DNA from: an uncultured Bacillales bacterium
Lineage (GTDB): Bacteria > Bacillota_I > Bacilli_A > RF39 > UBA660
Assembly (NCBI GenBank): GCA_946539445.1
Contig: CAMNHK010000004.1
Coordinates: forward strand, 5,897-69,896
Reading direction: 5' to 3'
Length of the DNA: 64,000 nt
Shown here piece by piece: positions 1 through 10,040 of this stretch; position 1 is the first letter of the stretch, and every line of letters starts with the position of its first letter. The notes below the pieces were generated by a model, which did no database searches, was not told where the DNA came from, and was given only the letters and a program-made list of their open reading frames with translations. Made by a program: the position numbers and the translations under genes.

Positions 1-971
1 ATGATTGCGGCTAGGCCAATTACTTTAACACTGGCTACTTTGGTCATTCCTACAACGGAAGTATTTTCTCCATAAGTTGTATTAGCTGGTCCTCCTAATA
101 GTCCGGCTGCAAAGGTTGCAAGTCCATCTCCTAATAGGGTTTTATCTAAACCTGGATCTTTGATTAAATCTCTTCCAATAATATTACTTAGGGAAGTATG
201 ATCTCCAATATGTTCACATAAGGTAACTAATGCAATTGGGGCAATGGTTAGTAAAGCGGTGAAGTTTAGAGAATAATCTTTAAATACTATTTTAAACTTT
301 GGAAGACTAAACCAACTTGCTTCAGCTACTGGTTTGAAATCAATCATTCCTAGACAAACAGCTACGATATAGCCTGTTATAATACCAATTAAAAATGGTA
401 TGATTTTGAAGAATCCTTTGGCTTTGGTCATTACAATAGCCGTTGTGATAAAGGATACAAAGGCTACTAAGATAACTTTCCATTCTAAGGCACTACCATC
501 CGCAAGACCAATTTGACTGATAGCAGATGGTGCTAGTCCTAATCCAATAATCATAATCATAGGTCCAATGACAACGGGTGGTAATAATTTTTCTAGCCAT
601 TCTTTTCCAGCAAAGTGAATGATGATGGCGACTAATACGTAGATTAATCCAACTACCATGATTCCTGTCATGGCTCCTGCTATTCCAGCTTTTGTATAAG
701 CTGCGGCGATTGGTACTATGAAAGCAAAAGAGCTACCTAAATATACAGGGGACTTTCCTTTCGTACATAAAATATAAATTAAAGTTCCAATTCCAGATGT
801 TACTAATGCTACTGGAATGGTTAATACCTCACTCCCAGCAGCTGCATTTACAAGGATTGGAACTAGAATGGTTGCTCCAAACATTGCAAATAAGTGTTGA
901 AACGCTAAGATGATGGCTTCTTTTAATGGTGGCATTTCATCAATATCATATGCCATCTTTTGACTATTCAT
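1..971 (-). CDS. pyrP: Uracil permease (NCS2/UraA-PyrP family). The 3' part is cut by the window edge
   Basis: Not in the ORF track because it runs off the window. My translation from ATG 971..969 reads MNSQKMAYDIDEMPPLKEAIILAFQHLFAMFGATILVPILV...YLGSSFAFIVP... This matches UraA hallmark stretches (QHLFAMFGATVLVP, YLGSSFAF). The RBS GAGAGGAGAG lies upstream. Confidence 0.85.
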   Translation of the reverse strand, partial: MNSQKMAYDIDEMPPLKEAIILAFQHLFAMFGATILVPILVNAAAGSEVLTIPVALVTSGIGTLIYILCTKGKSPVYLGSSFAFIVPIAAAYTKAGIAGAMTGIMVVGLIYVLVAIIIHFAGKEWLEKLLPPVVIGPMIMIIGLGLAPSAISQIGLADGSALEWKVILVAFVSFITTAIVMTKAKGFFKIIPFLIGIITGYIVAVCLGMIDFKPVAEASWFSLPKFKIVFKDYSLNFTALLTIAPIALVTLCEHIGDHTSLSNIIGRDLIKDPGLDKTLLGDGLATFAAGLLGGPANTTYGENTSVVGMTKVASVKVIGLAAI

Positions 972-1008
972 TTTATCTCTCCTCTCTTTTTTAGGGTCTT
1001 TCTTTATC

Positions 1009-1045
1009 AAAAAAAAGAAGGAATTTCTAAAATAGAAATGCCTTC
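1009..1045 (-). terminator. Intrinsic-terminator hairpin inside the pyrP leader (putative attenuator)
   Basis: The minus strand reads GAAGGCATTTCTATTTTAGAAATTCCTTC followed by T8, giving a 12-bp stem with one mismatch. It ends only about 37 nt before the pyrP ATG, which leaves no room for a promoter downstream of it. Confidence 0.6.
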
Positions 1046-1203
1046 TAAATAAACAATAAAGAAATCATTAATAATGAGAATAAATAGGAATAAACAGTAA
1101 TACCTTGAATAGTCTTGTTTTTGGTTACTGCTTCCTTTACCATATTCTCACACCCTTTATATGAGAATACTCTATTTTTTTTAAAAATGCAAGAGTAATC
1201 TTT

Positions 1204-1455
1204 CTAATTTTCGTTCTCTACCTCTTCTAATGCTTTTGATAGTTGATCTGGACAAGAAGTATCACGGAACCCACAACGAATTCCTTTTAATCGATTTTTC
1301 ACTTCTTCGATATCTTGACCTTCTACTAGGGCTGCAATTCCTTTCGTATTTCCATTGCAACCACCGGTAAACTCTAGATTTTTTATTTTGTGATCTTCTA
1401 CATCAAAATCTATTTGTGTAGAACAGGTACCTTTTGTCTTAAATGTTTTATGCAT
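1204..1455 (-). CDS. TSCPD-domain 4-Cys small protein (TIGR03905-like)
   Basis: 83 aa. The strings KTKGTCSTQIDF, FTGGCNGN, IRCGFRDTSCPDQL are typical of the stand-alone TSCPD family. Its ATG lies 1 nt after the FemAB stop. Confidence 0.8.
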   Translation of the reverse strand: MHKTFKTKGTCSTQIDFDVEDHKIKNLEFTGGCNGNTKGIAALVEGQDIEEVKNRLKGIRCGFRDTSCPDQLSKALEEVENEN

Positions 1456-1456
1456 A

Positions 1457-2689
1457 TTACTTCTCTCCTTTTAATTTATGAATGATTTTCATCAAATGAT
1501 AATGCCAAGTAATTGGTAATTCATACTCCCCAATTAATTCTTCTACATAACCATTAAAACCTCTTTTAAATTCATAAATTCCATAGTCTTTTGGATGAGT
1601 ATTAATGTTTTCGGGTATGCCATAAAAATTATGTTTTTTAAACCCATTCTCGATTCCATATTTTATTAATTCCCACTGGATTAGATATTGAGAGTTAAAT
1701 TTCATAAACTCTTCATAATTTCCACTGGATAAGTAAATGACTTCTGGTTGTATTAACATAAACATAGAACCTGATAAGGTAATTATCTCTGTTCCTTTTT
1801 CTTGCATAATATTTTCTGAGTCTTTAATTCTCTTATCAATGGAGTCTATTTCATTGGTTAAATTCTTTTTTGCTCCATCATTGTATTTAGCATCACTTAA
1901 GCTGTTAATCTTTTCTTCCTTCTCTTTTCTTTCTTCTTTTAATCCTTCTACATAATTCTTTAAATTTAATTCCGTAATAAAGAATTTGACTTCATTCTTT
2001 TCATGAAATAATTTATACATTTCTTGATAGTACGATAATTTACGATTAGCGAAACCTTTTCTTTGAGAAGTTTCTTCCATAATATTTTGGAATCTTTCCA
2101 ATTCGTCATACGATATCTCTTTTACCGTAATACCAAACTTCTCTGCTTTACGGATTGTATTTCTTGTATTTGGTTTCATTTCTTTTAGAATTTGTTCCTC
2201 TCCTTTTCCTTCTAAATCTAAGGAGAACATCCAACCAACTTGTTCCATATTTGGAGTGGGTACTTTCTGAAATCCTAAGGAATATAATTGATCCACTACA
2301 CTAGAGTTGTCTACTCCACCTTCTACAATATTTCCATCTATATCTCTTTCTTTATAGATTACATAGGGATCAATTCGTAAGATATATCCTTTTCTTTCCT
2401 TAATATATTTTTTTAATTCATTGGTAAAAAAAGTTACTAATTCTTTGTTATGAAAATCTAGAAGATAGCCTCTTGGAGAATAAAACTCCCATTTCCCAAA
2501 ATGTCTTTTATGAGCTAGTAACATAGTAGCAGCTATAAGTTTTTTATCTTCTTTCACTCCCACATAGTATGTTACCCAAGCTGATTTTTCTCTTAATTTC
2601 GATATTTCCGGAGCGGATAAAAAAGTCTTTAAGGGATGATTTTCCCAGAAGTCTTTATATTCTTTTTCGGTTATTTCTTGAAATTTCAT
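1457..2689 (-). CDS. FemAB-family peptidoglycan interpeptide-bridge aminoacyltransferase
   Basis: 410 aa with FemAB/MurM-like N- and C-lobes and a central K/E-rich coiled-coil insertion (about residues 240-300). RBS is GGAGGA. Confidence 0.8.
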   Translation of the reverse strand: MKFQEITEKEYKDFWENHPLKTFLSAPEISKLREKSAWVTYYVGVKEDKKLIAATMLLAHKRHFGKWEFYSPRGYLLDFHNKELVTFFTNELKKYIKERKGYILRIDPYVIYKERDIDGNIVEGGVDNSSVVDQLYSLGFQKVPTPNMEQVGWMFSLDLEGKGEEQILKEMKPNTRNTIRKAEKFGITVKEISYDELERFQNIMEETSQRKGFANRKLSYYQEMYKLFHEKNEVKFFITELNLKNYVEGLKEERKEKEEKINSLSDAKYNDGAKKNLTNEIDSIDKRIKDSENIMQEKGTEIITLSGSMFMLIQPEVIYLSSGNYEEFMKFNSQYLIQWELIKYGIENGFKKHNFYGIPENINTHPKDYGIYEFKRGFNGYVEELIGEYELPITWHYHLMKIIHKLKGEK

Positions 2690-2748
2690 AAAAATTCCTC
2701 CATTTTGTTTTCTCTTTCATTATAGCATTTTTCCTATAAAAAAACTAC

Positions 2749-3438
2749 TTATTCAGTAGTCTTCTTTTGTTTTCTTTGACGATACTTTTTGGTATTCTTT
2801 ATCTCTTCTTTTTCTTCTACTTCTTCTGTTGTATTATGATCCAGAATGGTTAATAAGAATAAGGCAATCACGGTAAATAATAGCATCAGTGAAATACATA
2901 ATAAAATACTGAACTTATCTTTCTTTTCTTTGGTTGTGTCTAAATAACTATTTCTTAAATATGTTTCGTAATTCTCTTCTGTAATTATGATTTCATTATC
3001 TGCTGGTAAAAAGTTTTGAATATTCTTGATTGCAAGGTCTTTCATTTCTTTTGAAGTAATTACCGGATATCCATATACTCTTATTGGATCTGGTTCTTTC
3101 GTGGTTCTTTCATAAGTATAATCAATAATGGCTTTAAATCGGTCATATTGATTTTCATTTATAGCAATTAAATAAGTATGCCAGCTACCATTCTCTTCTT
3201 TTTGAATTACGAAATGGATTCCTACATTGGTTTCTTCTTGAAAAGCAAATTTTTCAGACATTTTATAAATATCCAAATACGTATAATCTTCAATGCTTTC
3301 TACTTGATCCCATGGGAGAATACTTTTCTTTTCTTCAAATAATCGATAAGAGCAAATAAATAGAATGGATATGATGACCATATATATCAAACAAATAAAT
3401 ATTTTTAATACTATATTATTCTCTTTTTTCGTTTTCAT
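2749..3438 (-). CDS. Hypothetical bitopic membrane protein (TM - about 150 aa extracytoplasmic domain - TM - K/E tail)
   Basis: 229-aa ORF with RBS GAGGAG and two clear hydrophobic segments. I recognise no family. Confidence 0.6.
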   Translation of the reverse strand: MKTKKENNIVLKIFICLIYMVIISILFICSYRLFEEKKSILPWDQVESIEDYTYLDIYKMSEKFAFQEETNVGIHFVIQKEENGSWHTYLIAINENQYDRFKAIIDYTYERTTKEPDPIRVYGYPVITSKEMKDLAIKNIQNFLPADNEIIITEENYETYLRNSYLDTTKEKKDKFSILLCISLMLLFTVIALFLLTILDHNTTEEVEEKEEIKNTKKYRQRKQKKTTE

Positions 3439-3502
3439 AATAGCTCCTCAGTTTTTTTATCATACCATAAAAAGAAAAAAGAAAAAAGTTTTTTCTTTTA
3501 TT

Positions 3503-4327
3503 CTATCTTTTTAATCTTGGTATAAACTTTTCAGCAAAGTGATATCCTTCTCTATTCTTTATGTAAAAGTATCCTATTAAGGAAAAGACAAAGGCTCCAA
3601 TGAAATTTACAAATAAATCTTTCATTGTATCGATTAATCCTATTTCCAAGTATCCCTCTTCGATGATTATGGTATCTTCCATTTGATGATAATAAATGAT
3701 CGTTTTATTGATATCCTCTATGGAAACTACTTCATTCTTTCCTTCTGGATTGATTTTTACAGATTGTATTTTTTGAACAATTCTATCTTTTTGCATATCT
3801 TTTCCGAGATAAGTATCTGCTGCATACTCGATAAATTCCCAGAATATTCCAATGGTCATGGAAAAACAAATCGATGTCATCGCTACAAAAACAGGAGTTA
3901 AGTGGATATGAAGATTTTCATTATTATTTAATATATCTACTAATGAAAAGCCAATGGCTCCACATAAAAAGCCGTTTAGGGTATGTAGCATGGTATCCCA
4001 ATAATTAAATATTCCATAAAAGTTTTGGATTTCCCCTAGTATTTCGGATGCAAATATAAAAAGATAAGTAGATATCTCTAATCCCGTGGGTAGTTCTATA
4101 TGAAATCTCTTGGAAACAAGAGATGGTAAGGTAAATAATATGAGCGTTAAAATACATAAAAATACGTTATTCCAATTCCCATTATAACCTTGATTTAACA
4201 TACTTATGATTACTAAGAGACGTAGAGTTAAGTATATGGTTATATTCCATCCTTTTTTCTTTTTATCATTTTTATTCTTGCTGTTATTTTCTTGGAGATT
4301 GGTTTTCTTCTTTGACAAACATCTCAC
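3503..4327 (-). CDS. Polytopic membrane protein of unknown function
   Basis: 274-aa ORF with 6-7 hydrophobic segments. The start is uncertain: GTG at 4327, or TTG at 4318 which has AGGTGA upstream. Confidence 0.55.
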   Translation of the reverse strand: MRCLSKKKTNLQENNSKNKNDKKKKGWNITIYLTLRLLVIISMLNQGYNGNWNNVFLCILTLILFTLPSLVSKRFHIELPTGLEISTYLFIFASEILGEIQNFYGIFNYWDTMLHTLNGFLCGAIGFSLVDILNNNENLHIHLTPVFVAMTSICFSMTIGIFWEFIEYAADTYLGKDMQKDRIVQKIQSVKINPEGKNEVVSIEDINKTIIYYHQMEDTIIIEEGYLEIGLIDTMKDLFVNFIGAFVFSLIGYFYIKNREGYHFAEKFIPRLKR

Positions 4328-4332
4328 CTACT

Positions 4333-5253
4333 TTATTCATCAAATAATTTCTTTATATTCTCCTTTGGTACTAGCATTTTCATAGATTGCTCTACACGAA
4401 ATACATAAGACATTTGTGTTGCTTTATATTCCTCTCCATCAATACACCAAGATGTTTTAGGAGCATTTAAAAAATCAATTTCAAAATGGTCGGTTTGAAA
4501 ATAGCGGATATTGGGAATATCCTTTACATCCATGGTACTGGCTAGTACCAACATTTTTAGCATTTCTTTTTTGGTTTTAATATTGGCTAAGGCAACTTCA
4601 AACATATTATCATTTAACTTTACGTCATAATATACATCTGGTTGTCCTGCAATTCTAGATGAATTTGAGATGAATATAAAGGAATAGGTTCCCTCATATT
4701 CGACTCCATCTACTCTATATTTTATGTCATAACTATTAATTTTATTTCTTAATTGTTTTATACCATAGAGGATATAAGCAATTTTTCCATATCGTTTTTT
4801 GAGACTTCTTGGAGTTGCATAAGCTAGGTCAATGTAGTCGCCAAAACATGCAACATATACAAAAGGAGTATCATTGATAAAACAAATATCGACATTCTTG
4901 GCTTTACCTTGAAGGATGATTTCTAAGTTTTCAAATATACTCTTATCCAGTCCATACATGTTCCCTACATCATTTGTACTTCCTAGTGGGAGTGGTGCGA
5001 TAATCAATTTCTTTTCTCGTTTCATATTTCCGGTAACAATTTCATTTAGGGTTCCGTCTCCCCCTCCACTAATTACGAGATCTACATTTCTATCTAGTGA
5101 TTGAACAATGTTTTCAGCATCTCCCTTAGCTTTGGTAAAAATGATTTCTGTGTCATATCCATATTTTCTTAAAATATCATAAAAATCCTGGTAACTTTTT
5201 ATTTTCTTTTTTTTACCACTTTCCGGATTCATAATAATGACACATTTTTTCAT
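4333..5253 (-). CDS. dagK: Diacylglycerol/lipid kinase (DagK/YegS family)
   Basis: 306 aa. It begins MKKCVIIMNPESGKKK and carries the GGGDGTLNEIVTG catalytic glycine-rich motif. RBS is GGTGGTGA. Confidence 0.8.
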   Translation of the reverse strand: MKKCVIIMNPESGKKKKIKSYQDFYDILRKYGYDTEIIFTKAKGDAENIVQSLDRNVDLVISGGGDGTLNEIVTGNMKREKKLIIAPLPLGSTNDVGNMYGLDKSIFENLEIILQGKAKNVDICFINDTPFVYVACFGDYIDLAYATPRSLKKRYGKIAYILYGIKQLRNKINSYDIKYRVDGVEYEGTYSFIFISNSSRIAGQPDVYYDVKLNDNMFEVALANIKTKKEMLKMLVLASTMDVKDIPNIRYFQTDHFEIDFLNAPKTSWCIDGEEYKATQMSYVFRVEQSMKMLVPKENIKKLFDE

Positions 5254-5312
5254 AAAATCACCACCATTTGGTCTAATTTTATTATAGCATAGGTTCCTAT
5301 AAAAAAAGAAGT

Positions 5313-6590
5313 CTAAGACTTCTTTGTATTTAACATTTCCGCTAACTCTTTAGCTTTTAACATAGAATCTTCCATAGAATTGTATATCCAAGCCCCATAT
5401 CGACCGATTGTATAGATTCCTTCTTTTTGAAATTCTTCTTTTAGGGAATCTATTTTTTTGGTTGTTTCTGTATTAATATGAACATAAGCGGGAGACATTA
5501 CAATTGGTTCATAATCAACTAATTTCATAGTCTCATCTATGATTCCTGATTTCCTTAAATTGTGAAGAGTTAATTCTAATTGTTTTTGTATTTCTTCTTT
5601 CGTTATTTCTTCATCTTTTCCATACCCAATTTCTATGTACATGCTTAATTTTTCTTCTCCAAGTATATTATTATAGAATCCTACTCGATAATAATTACAA
5701 TTGGCATCTGGAATATATAGCCAATGTTCTTTCTTCATACTAGGAGATGGTTTATCAAAACCTAGATTTAGAACCAATACTTTGTTGTATGACATTTCTT
5801 TTAAAAGATCTTTTCTTATACCTAATAATTCTAAGAAATGATTGAGTGGCATTGTATTGATTAATCTTTCATATTCCACTACTTCGCCATTTGAAAGAGT
5901 TGCTTGTTTTTTTTCTATATCAATTTTAACAACCGAAGTATTTAACAATACTTTTTCTTTATCTAGGTTTTGATATAGAATTTGAATAAAGCTTTCCGCT
6001 CCTTTTTTTGGATATAAGAAACTACTATTGTAGGAATTCATTTTTTCTTCTTTCATGTTTCGAATAATGGCTTCTTTATCTGCATATGGGAAAAATCTTC
6101 CCATTGCATCGACATCTAAGTTTCTTAAATCTGTAGCATATAATTTTTCATTATATGGTTTTAAAAATTTTTCTACGATGGACTTTCCAAATTTTCCATA
6201 TAACATATCTAAAAAATTATCATATTTTTCTTTTTCTTCTTTTTGAAATAAGTCATATAGACAATCAATAAATTCTTGCTTTTCCAATTGATGAATATTG
6301 GCTTGAAAAGGAAAGTCAATTAATAATCCATTATATAGAATCTTCGTATTTTTTTGATTGTAGATAATATCTTCTTCTCTCATTTTCTTTAAAAACATAT
6401 CTTTCAATTCTTGGGTATTAAAATGAAAGAAATGCCCTGCATAATCCCATACATAGCCATTTCGCATAATGGTTTTGCAGTAACCACCTACTCGGTCTTC
6501 TTTTTCAACAAGCAGATAATCGTCTTTTGTAAAGTTTGCATAGGTAAGTCCGGATATTCCAGCACCAATTATTAAATTTGTTGTCTTCAT
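5313..6590 (-). CDS. FAD/NAD(P)-binding oxidoreductase, UDP-galactopyranose-mutase-like fold
   Basis: N-terminal dinucleotide motif LIIGAGISGL..VEKEDRVGG. The string YAGHFFHF resembles the Glf YGPHIFHT. I moved the start from the track GTG (6599) to ATG 6590, which has AAGGA upstream. Confidence 0.55.
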   Translation of the reverse strand: MKTTNLIIGAGISGLTYANFTKDDYLLVEKEDRVGGYCKTIMRNGYVWDYAGHFFHFNTQELKDMFLKKMREEDIIYNQKNTKILYNGLLIDFPFQANIHQLEKQEFIDCLYDLFQKEEKEKYDNFLDMLYGKFGKSIVEKFLKPYNEKLYATDLRNLDVDAMGRFFPYADKEAIIRNMKEEKMNSYNSSFLYPKKGAESFIQILYQNLDKEKVLLNTSVVKIDIEKKQATLSNGEVVEYERLINTMPLNHFLELLGIRKDLLKEMSYNKVLVLNLGFDKPSPSMKKEHWLYIPDANCNYYRVGFYNNILGEEKLSMYIEIGYGKDEEITKEEIQKQLELTLHNLRKSGIIDETMKLVDYEPIVMSPAYVHINTETTKKIDSLKEEFQKEGIYTIGRYGAWIYNSMEDSMLKAKELAEMLNTKKS

Positions 6591-6605
6591 AGACGACACA
6601 TCCTT

Positions 6606-7721
6606 TTATTTGTCTTTAAATTTTTCTATAATGGCATCTACAATTCTTTCTGATGCATGTCCATCTCCGTATGGGTTAGATGCTTTACTCATTTTGTCAT
6701 AGGCTTTTTTATCCGTTAATAGTATTTTGGCTTCTTTATAGATGTTTTCTTCATCGGTTCCTACTAGTTTTAGAGTTCCAGCATCAATTCCTTCTGGACG
6801 TTCTGTGGTATCTCTTAATACTAATACTGGTTTTCCTAGGGATGGTGCTTCTTCTTGAACTCCACCACTATCGGACATAATCATATAGCAATTGTTAATG
6901 AAATTGTGGAAATCAAATACTTCTAGTGGTTCTATTAATTTTACGCGATCACATCCATCAAATATTTCATGCGCTACATCACGAACTTTTGGATTTAAGT
7001 GAATTGGATATAGTACTTTTACATCTTCAAATTCATCTACTATTTTACGAATGGCTTTGAAGATATGTCTCATAGGATCTCCTAGATTTTCTCTTCTATG
7101 AGCGGTTACTAAAATAAGTCTTTCATTCTCTTTAATCCAGTCTAATTCTTTATGTTTGTAGTCTTTACGAACCGTTGTTGCCATGGCATCAATCGCTGTA
7201 TTACCAGTAACATAAATTTTTTCCTCTTCAATATTTTCATCTAATAAGTTTTGTTTGCTTAAATTGGTTGGAGCAAAATACATATCCGTCATGCAGTCTA
7301 CCATTTGTCTGTTCATTTCTTCTGGATATGGACTATACTTATCATTTGTTCTAAGACCAGCTTCTACGTGTCCAATGGCAACTTGGTTGTAGAAAGCTGC
7401 TAGAGCTCCAGCAAAAGTGGTTGTAGTGTCTCCATGAACTAAAACGATATCTGGCATTTCTTTTTTGATAACATCTTCTAGTCCATATAAAACACGAGAT
7501 GTGATATCAGATAGTGTTTGACCTTGTTTCATAATATCCAAATCATAATTTGGAGTAATATTAAATGTTTCTAATACTTGGTCTAACATTTGACGATGCT
7601 GTGCAGTTACACATACAATACTTTCTATTTCTTTTCTACTTTCTAATTCTTTTACTAATGGGGCCATTTTAATGGCTTCTGGGCGTGTACCAAATACACT
7701 CATTACTTTAATTTTTTTCAT
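6606..7721 (-). CDS. mnaA: UDP-N-acetylglucosamine 2-epimerase (non-hydrolysing)
   Basis: 371 aa. FGTRPEAIKMAPL, HVEAGLRT and SDSGGVQEEAPSLGKPVLVLR are classic WecB/MnaA motifs. Confidence 0.9.
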   Translation of the reverse strand: MKKIKVMSVFGTRPEAIKMAPLVKELESRKEIESIVCVTAQHRQMLDQVLETFNITPNYDLDIMKQGQTLSDITSRVLYGLEDVIKKEMPDIVLVHGDTTTTFAGALAAFYNQVAIGHVEAGLRTNDKYSPYPEEMNRQMVDCMTDMYFAPTNLSKQNLLDENIEEEKIYVTGNTAIDAMATTVRKDYKHKELDWIKENERLILVTAHRRENLGDPMRHIFKAIRKIVDEFEDVKVLYPIHLNPKVRDVAHEIFDGCDRVKLIEPLEVFDFHNFINNCYMIMSDSGGVQEEAPSLGKPVLVLRDTTERPEGIDAGTLKLVGTDEENIYKEAKILLTDKKAYDKMSKASNPYGDGHASERIVDAIIEKFKDK

Positions 7722-9000
7722 TGAATCCTCCTATTTTTTTTACTTCATTATCAAATTTTTTTGCTATGTTTTTCATATTATATTTTTCATTTCGATGATT
7801 TGTAATGGAAGTTTTTCCTTCTAAAATCATTACTAAATTATTATAGATATCTTCTACACTATGAGAAGAAACAACTCCCCCTACTTCTTGTACAATGTCG
7901 GCACTTGGACCATCTAACATGGTAATTGCCATAATATTTCTACCAGAACCGATGTAATCGGCTAATTTGGCAGCATAGAATATATTCTTAGGAATTACTT
8001 TTCCTAGATTGGCGTCGACTAGTAATAGTAAATTACTCTGTTGCATGATTTTTAAACTTTCCAAGTATTTTACTGGTTTTTGAAATTTTACGGTTTCATA
8101 CAATTCATGATCAATTAAATAAACTTTATCTTTATCCGACATGTTTCCGTAAATATTTATTTCTAAATTTTGAAATAATTTTGGTTTTTGTTCTCTTAAT
8201 CTTTCTAGAGCTTGAAGAAAGTTTTTAGGAGTTCTTGTTTCATCTAAATGTCCTAAATAGGATATTTTGGTTTTTTTATCTTTGGATTCTTTCACTTTCT
8301 TGTCATAAAAATCTTCATCATAACCATGTGGTAGTAATAAGGCTTTCTCTTTTACTGCTTCTGGATAATTTTCTAGCATATAATCTTGTTGATAAGAATT
8401 ATTAAAGATAATACAATCACATTTTTTTAATACCTTATCTTGAAGTATTTTATCTTTATATATTCTTGTATGATGTTTTTTATATTTTTTATCACGATAG
8501 TTCCAAAACCAATTCTTCAAGATTCTTTTCCAGGATAGAACGTATCCAATGGAATGATTTTCTAATGCTCCTGTTCCTCTTATTCGATAAGGAGATACTT
8601 GTTCAATTAGTTTTAAATATGGGTTATTGGTAATAGGATCTCCAAAAGAAGCTATCCACAAAGTCTCTGGATATTTTTCTTTGATAGCAAGGGCAATTTC
8701 ATGAGACTCAGGTGCCATTGAGCGAGACATAATAAAATCATATTTTTCTCTATTTTGGATTCCATACTCTATTCCTTTTTTTACCCAATCTTGGATATTA
8801 TCTGCATCTGCATAGATTGGATGGACATTAGGAGACGTTAATCCTTCTTCATTGGTATCATAACTCCAACTTTTATCGTTCTTTTGTGTAAAAACATCAT
8901 ATTCAAATTCTGAATTTTTTAATAGTTTAAAGGTACAAATTCCTTCCGATGAGTTGATAGGAGGAAAATACCAACTAATGACTAATCCTTTTTTTGGCAT
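7708..9000 (-). CDS. GT-B fold glycosyltransferase-like protein (distant GT4)
   Basis: The start was moved to MPKKGLVISWYFPP (ATG 9000), preceded by AAAGGAGGG and lying 1 nt after the upstream stop. The C-terminal half shows an ISYLGHL...R pattern typical of GT-B enzymes. Confidence 0.55.
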   Translation of the reverse strand: MPKKGLVISWYFPPINSSEGICTFKLLKNSEFEYDVFTQKNDKSWSYDTNEEGLTSPNVHPIYADADNIQDWVKKGIEYGIQNREKYDFIMSRSMAPESHEIALAIKEKYPETLWIASFGDPITNNPYLKLIEQVSPYRIRGTGALENHSIGYVLSWKRILKNWFWNYRDKKYKKHHTRIYKDKILQDKVLKKCDCIIFNNSYQQDYMLENYPEAVKEKALLLPHGYDEDFYDKKVKESKDKKTKISYLGHLDETRTPKNFLQALERLREQKPKLFQNLEINIYGNMSDKDKVYLIDHELYETVKFQKPVKYLESLKIMQQSNLLLLVDANLGKVIPKNIFYAAKLADYIGSGRNIMAITMLDGPSADIVQEVGGVVSSHSVEDIYNNLVMILEGKTSITNHRNEKYNMKNIAKKFDNEVKKIGGFNEKN

Positions 9001-9001
9001 C

Positions 9002-10033
9002 TTATTTTCCCTCCTTTGTGCGTCTATTTTCGAACCGATCACAAATCCTACTTAGAATATTATTTTTTGTTTGAGAAAAACGGAATTTTGTTTTTCGATT
9101 CCACTTAATATAATCGTGGCTTTCTAATTCTAAATACAAGTTTGGTTCTTGTCGCTGCAAGTACTGATCAAAGGCTATTATTTCTTGAATAGATGCCTTT
9201 TCTGGAAGTCTTGCTTTACAATAGATAATATAATGTGTGTTTAGTAGTCCTAATAAACAGTTATGAATATAAGCCTTTCTTGGTTCTTTATTTGGAATTT
9301 GTTTGTAAAACTCTAATAATCTTTTCGCTACTTTTTCATGGTGAGAACGATTTCTTACATAACTTTGTATGTTTATACTTTGATCCATTCTTCCAATAAA
9401 GTATCGATAAATATTAAAATCTAAAAGCATCATGGATTGCATTTCTAAAAATGGCAATAAGATGTATTCCATATCTACATAGAATGTTTTTTCATCTAAT
9501 TCTAATTGTGCTTTTCTTAATTTTTCTGTTTTATAAGTTGAGGTAGCCATAAAGAAATAATCTTTTCCCATGGAAGAATAATCAAATTGATTTAAATCGT
9601 ATACTTTATTAAACTCTATATTTTGATAATGAAATTCTTTGATTTCTCCCGAATAGATTCTTTCTTCTGTATAATTTGTTAAAACGATATCCGTATCACA
9701 CTTTTTAAGAGCTCTTACATATTCACCAAATTGGTCAATATTTACCCAATCATCGGAATCAATTACTCGAAAATACTTTCCTTTTGCTACTTTTAATCCC
9801 GCATTAATGGTGGAACCATGTCCTCCATTTTCTTTATCAATTACTACTACTGTCTTGGGATATTTTTTTTCATACTCTTTGGCAATTTCCAATGAATGAT
9901 CTTTGCTTCCATCATTTACGACTAATAATTCTAAATCTTCTAATACAGTGGAATCATATAGAAGAGAGTCTAGGCATCTTCTCAAATATTTTTCCACATT
10001 ATATGTTGGGATGACTACGGATAAAGTTTTCAT
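9002..10033 (-). CDS. GT2-family glycosyltransferase
   Basis: LSVVIPTYNVEKYL..VNDGSKD..DSDD are GT-A/GT2 signatures. Confidence 0.8.
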   Translation of the reverse strand: MKTLSVVIPTYNVEKYLRRCLDSLLYDSTVLEDLELLVVNDGSKDHSLEIAKEYEKKYPKTVVVIDKENGGHGSTINAGLKVAKGKYFRVIDSDDWVNIDQFGEYVRALKKCDTDIVLTNYTEERIYSGEIKEFHYQNIEFNKVYDLNQFDYSSMGKDYFFMATSTYKTEKLRKAQLELDEKTFYVDMEYILLPFLEMQSMMLLDFNIYRYFIGRMDQSINIQSYVRNRSHHEKVAKRLLEFYKQIPNKEPRKAYIHNCLLGLLNTHYIIYCKARLPEKASIQEIIAFDQYLQRQEPNLYLELESHDYIKWNRKTKFRFSQTKNNILSRICDRFENRRTKEGK

Positions 10034-10040
10034 ATTTCAC

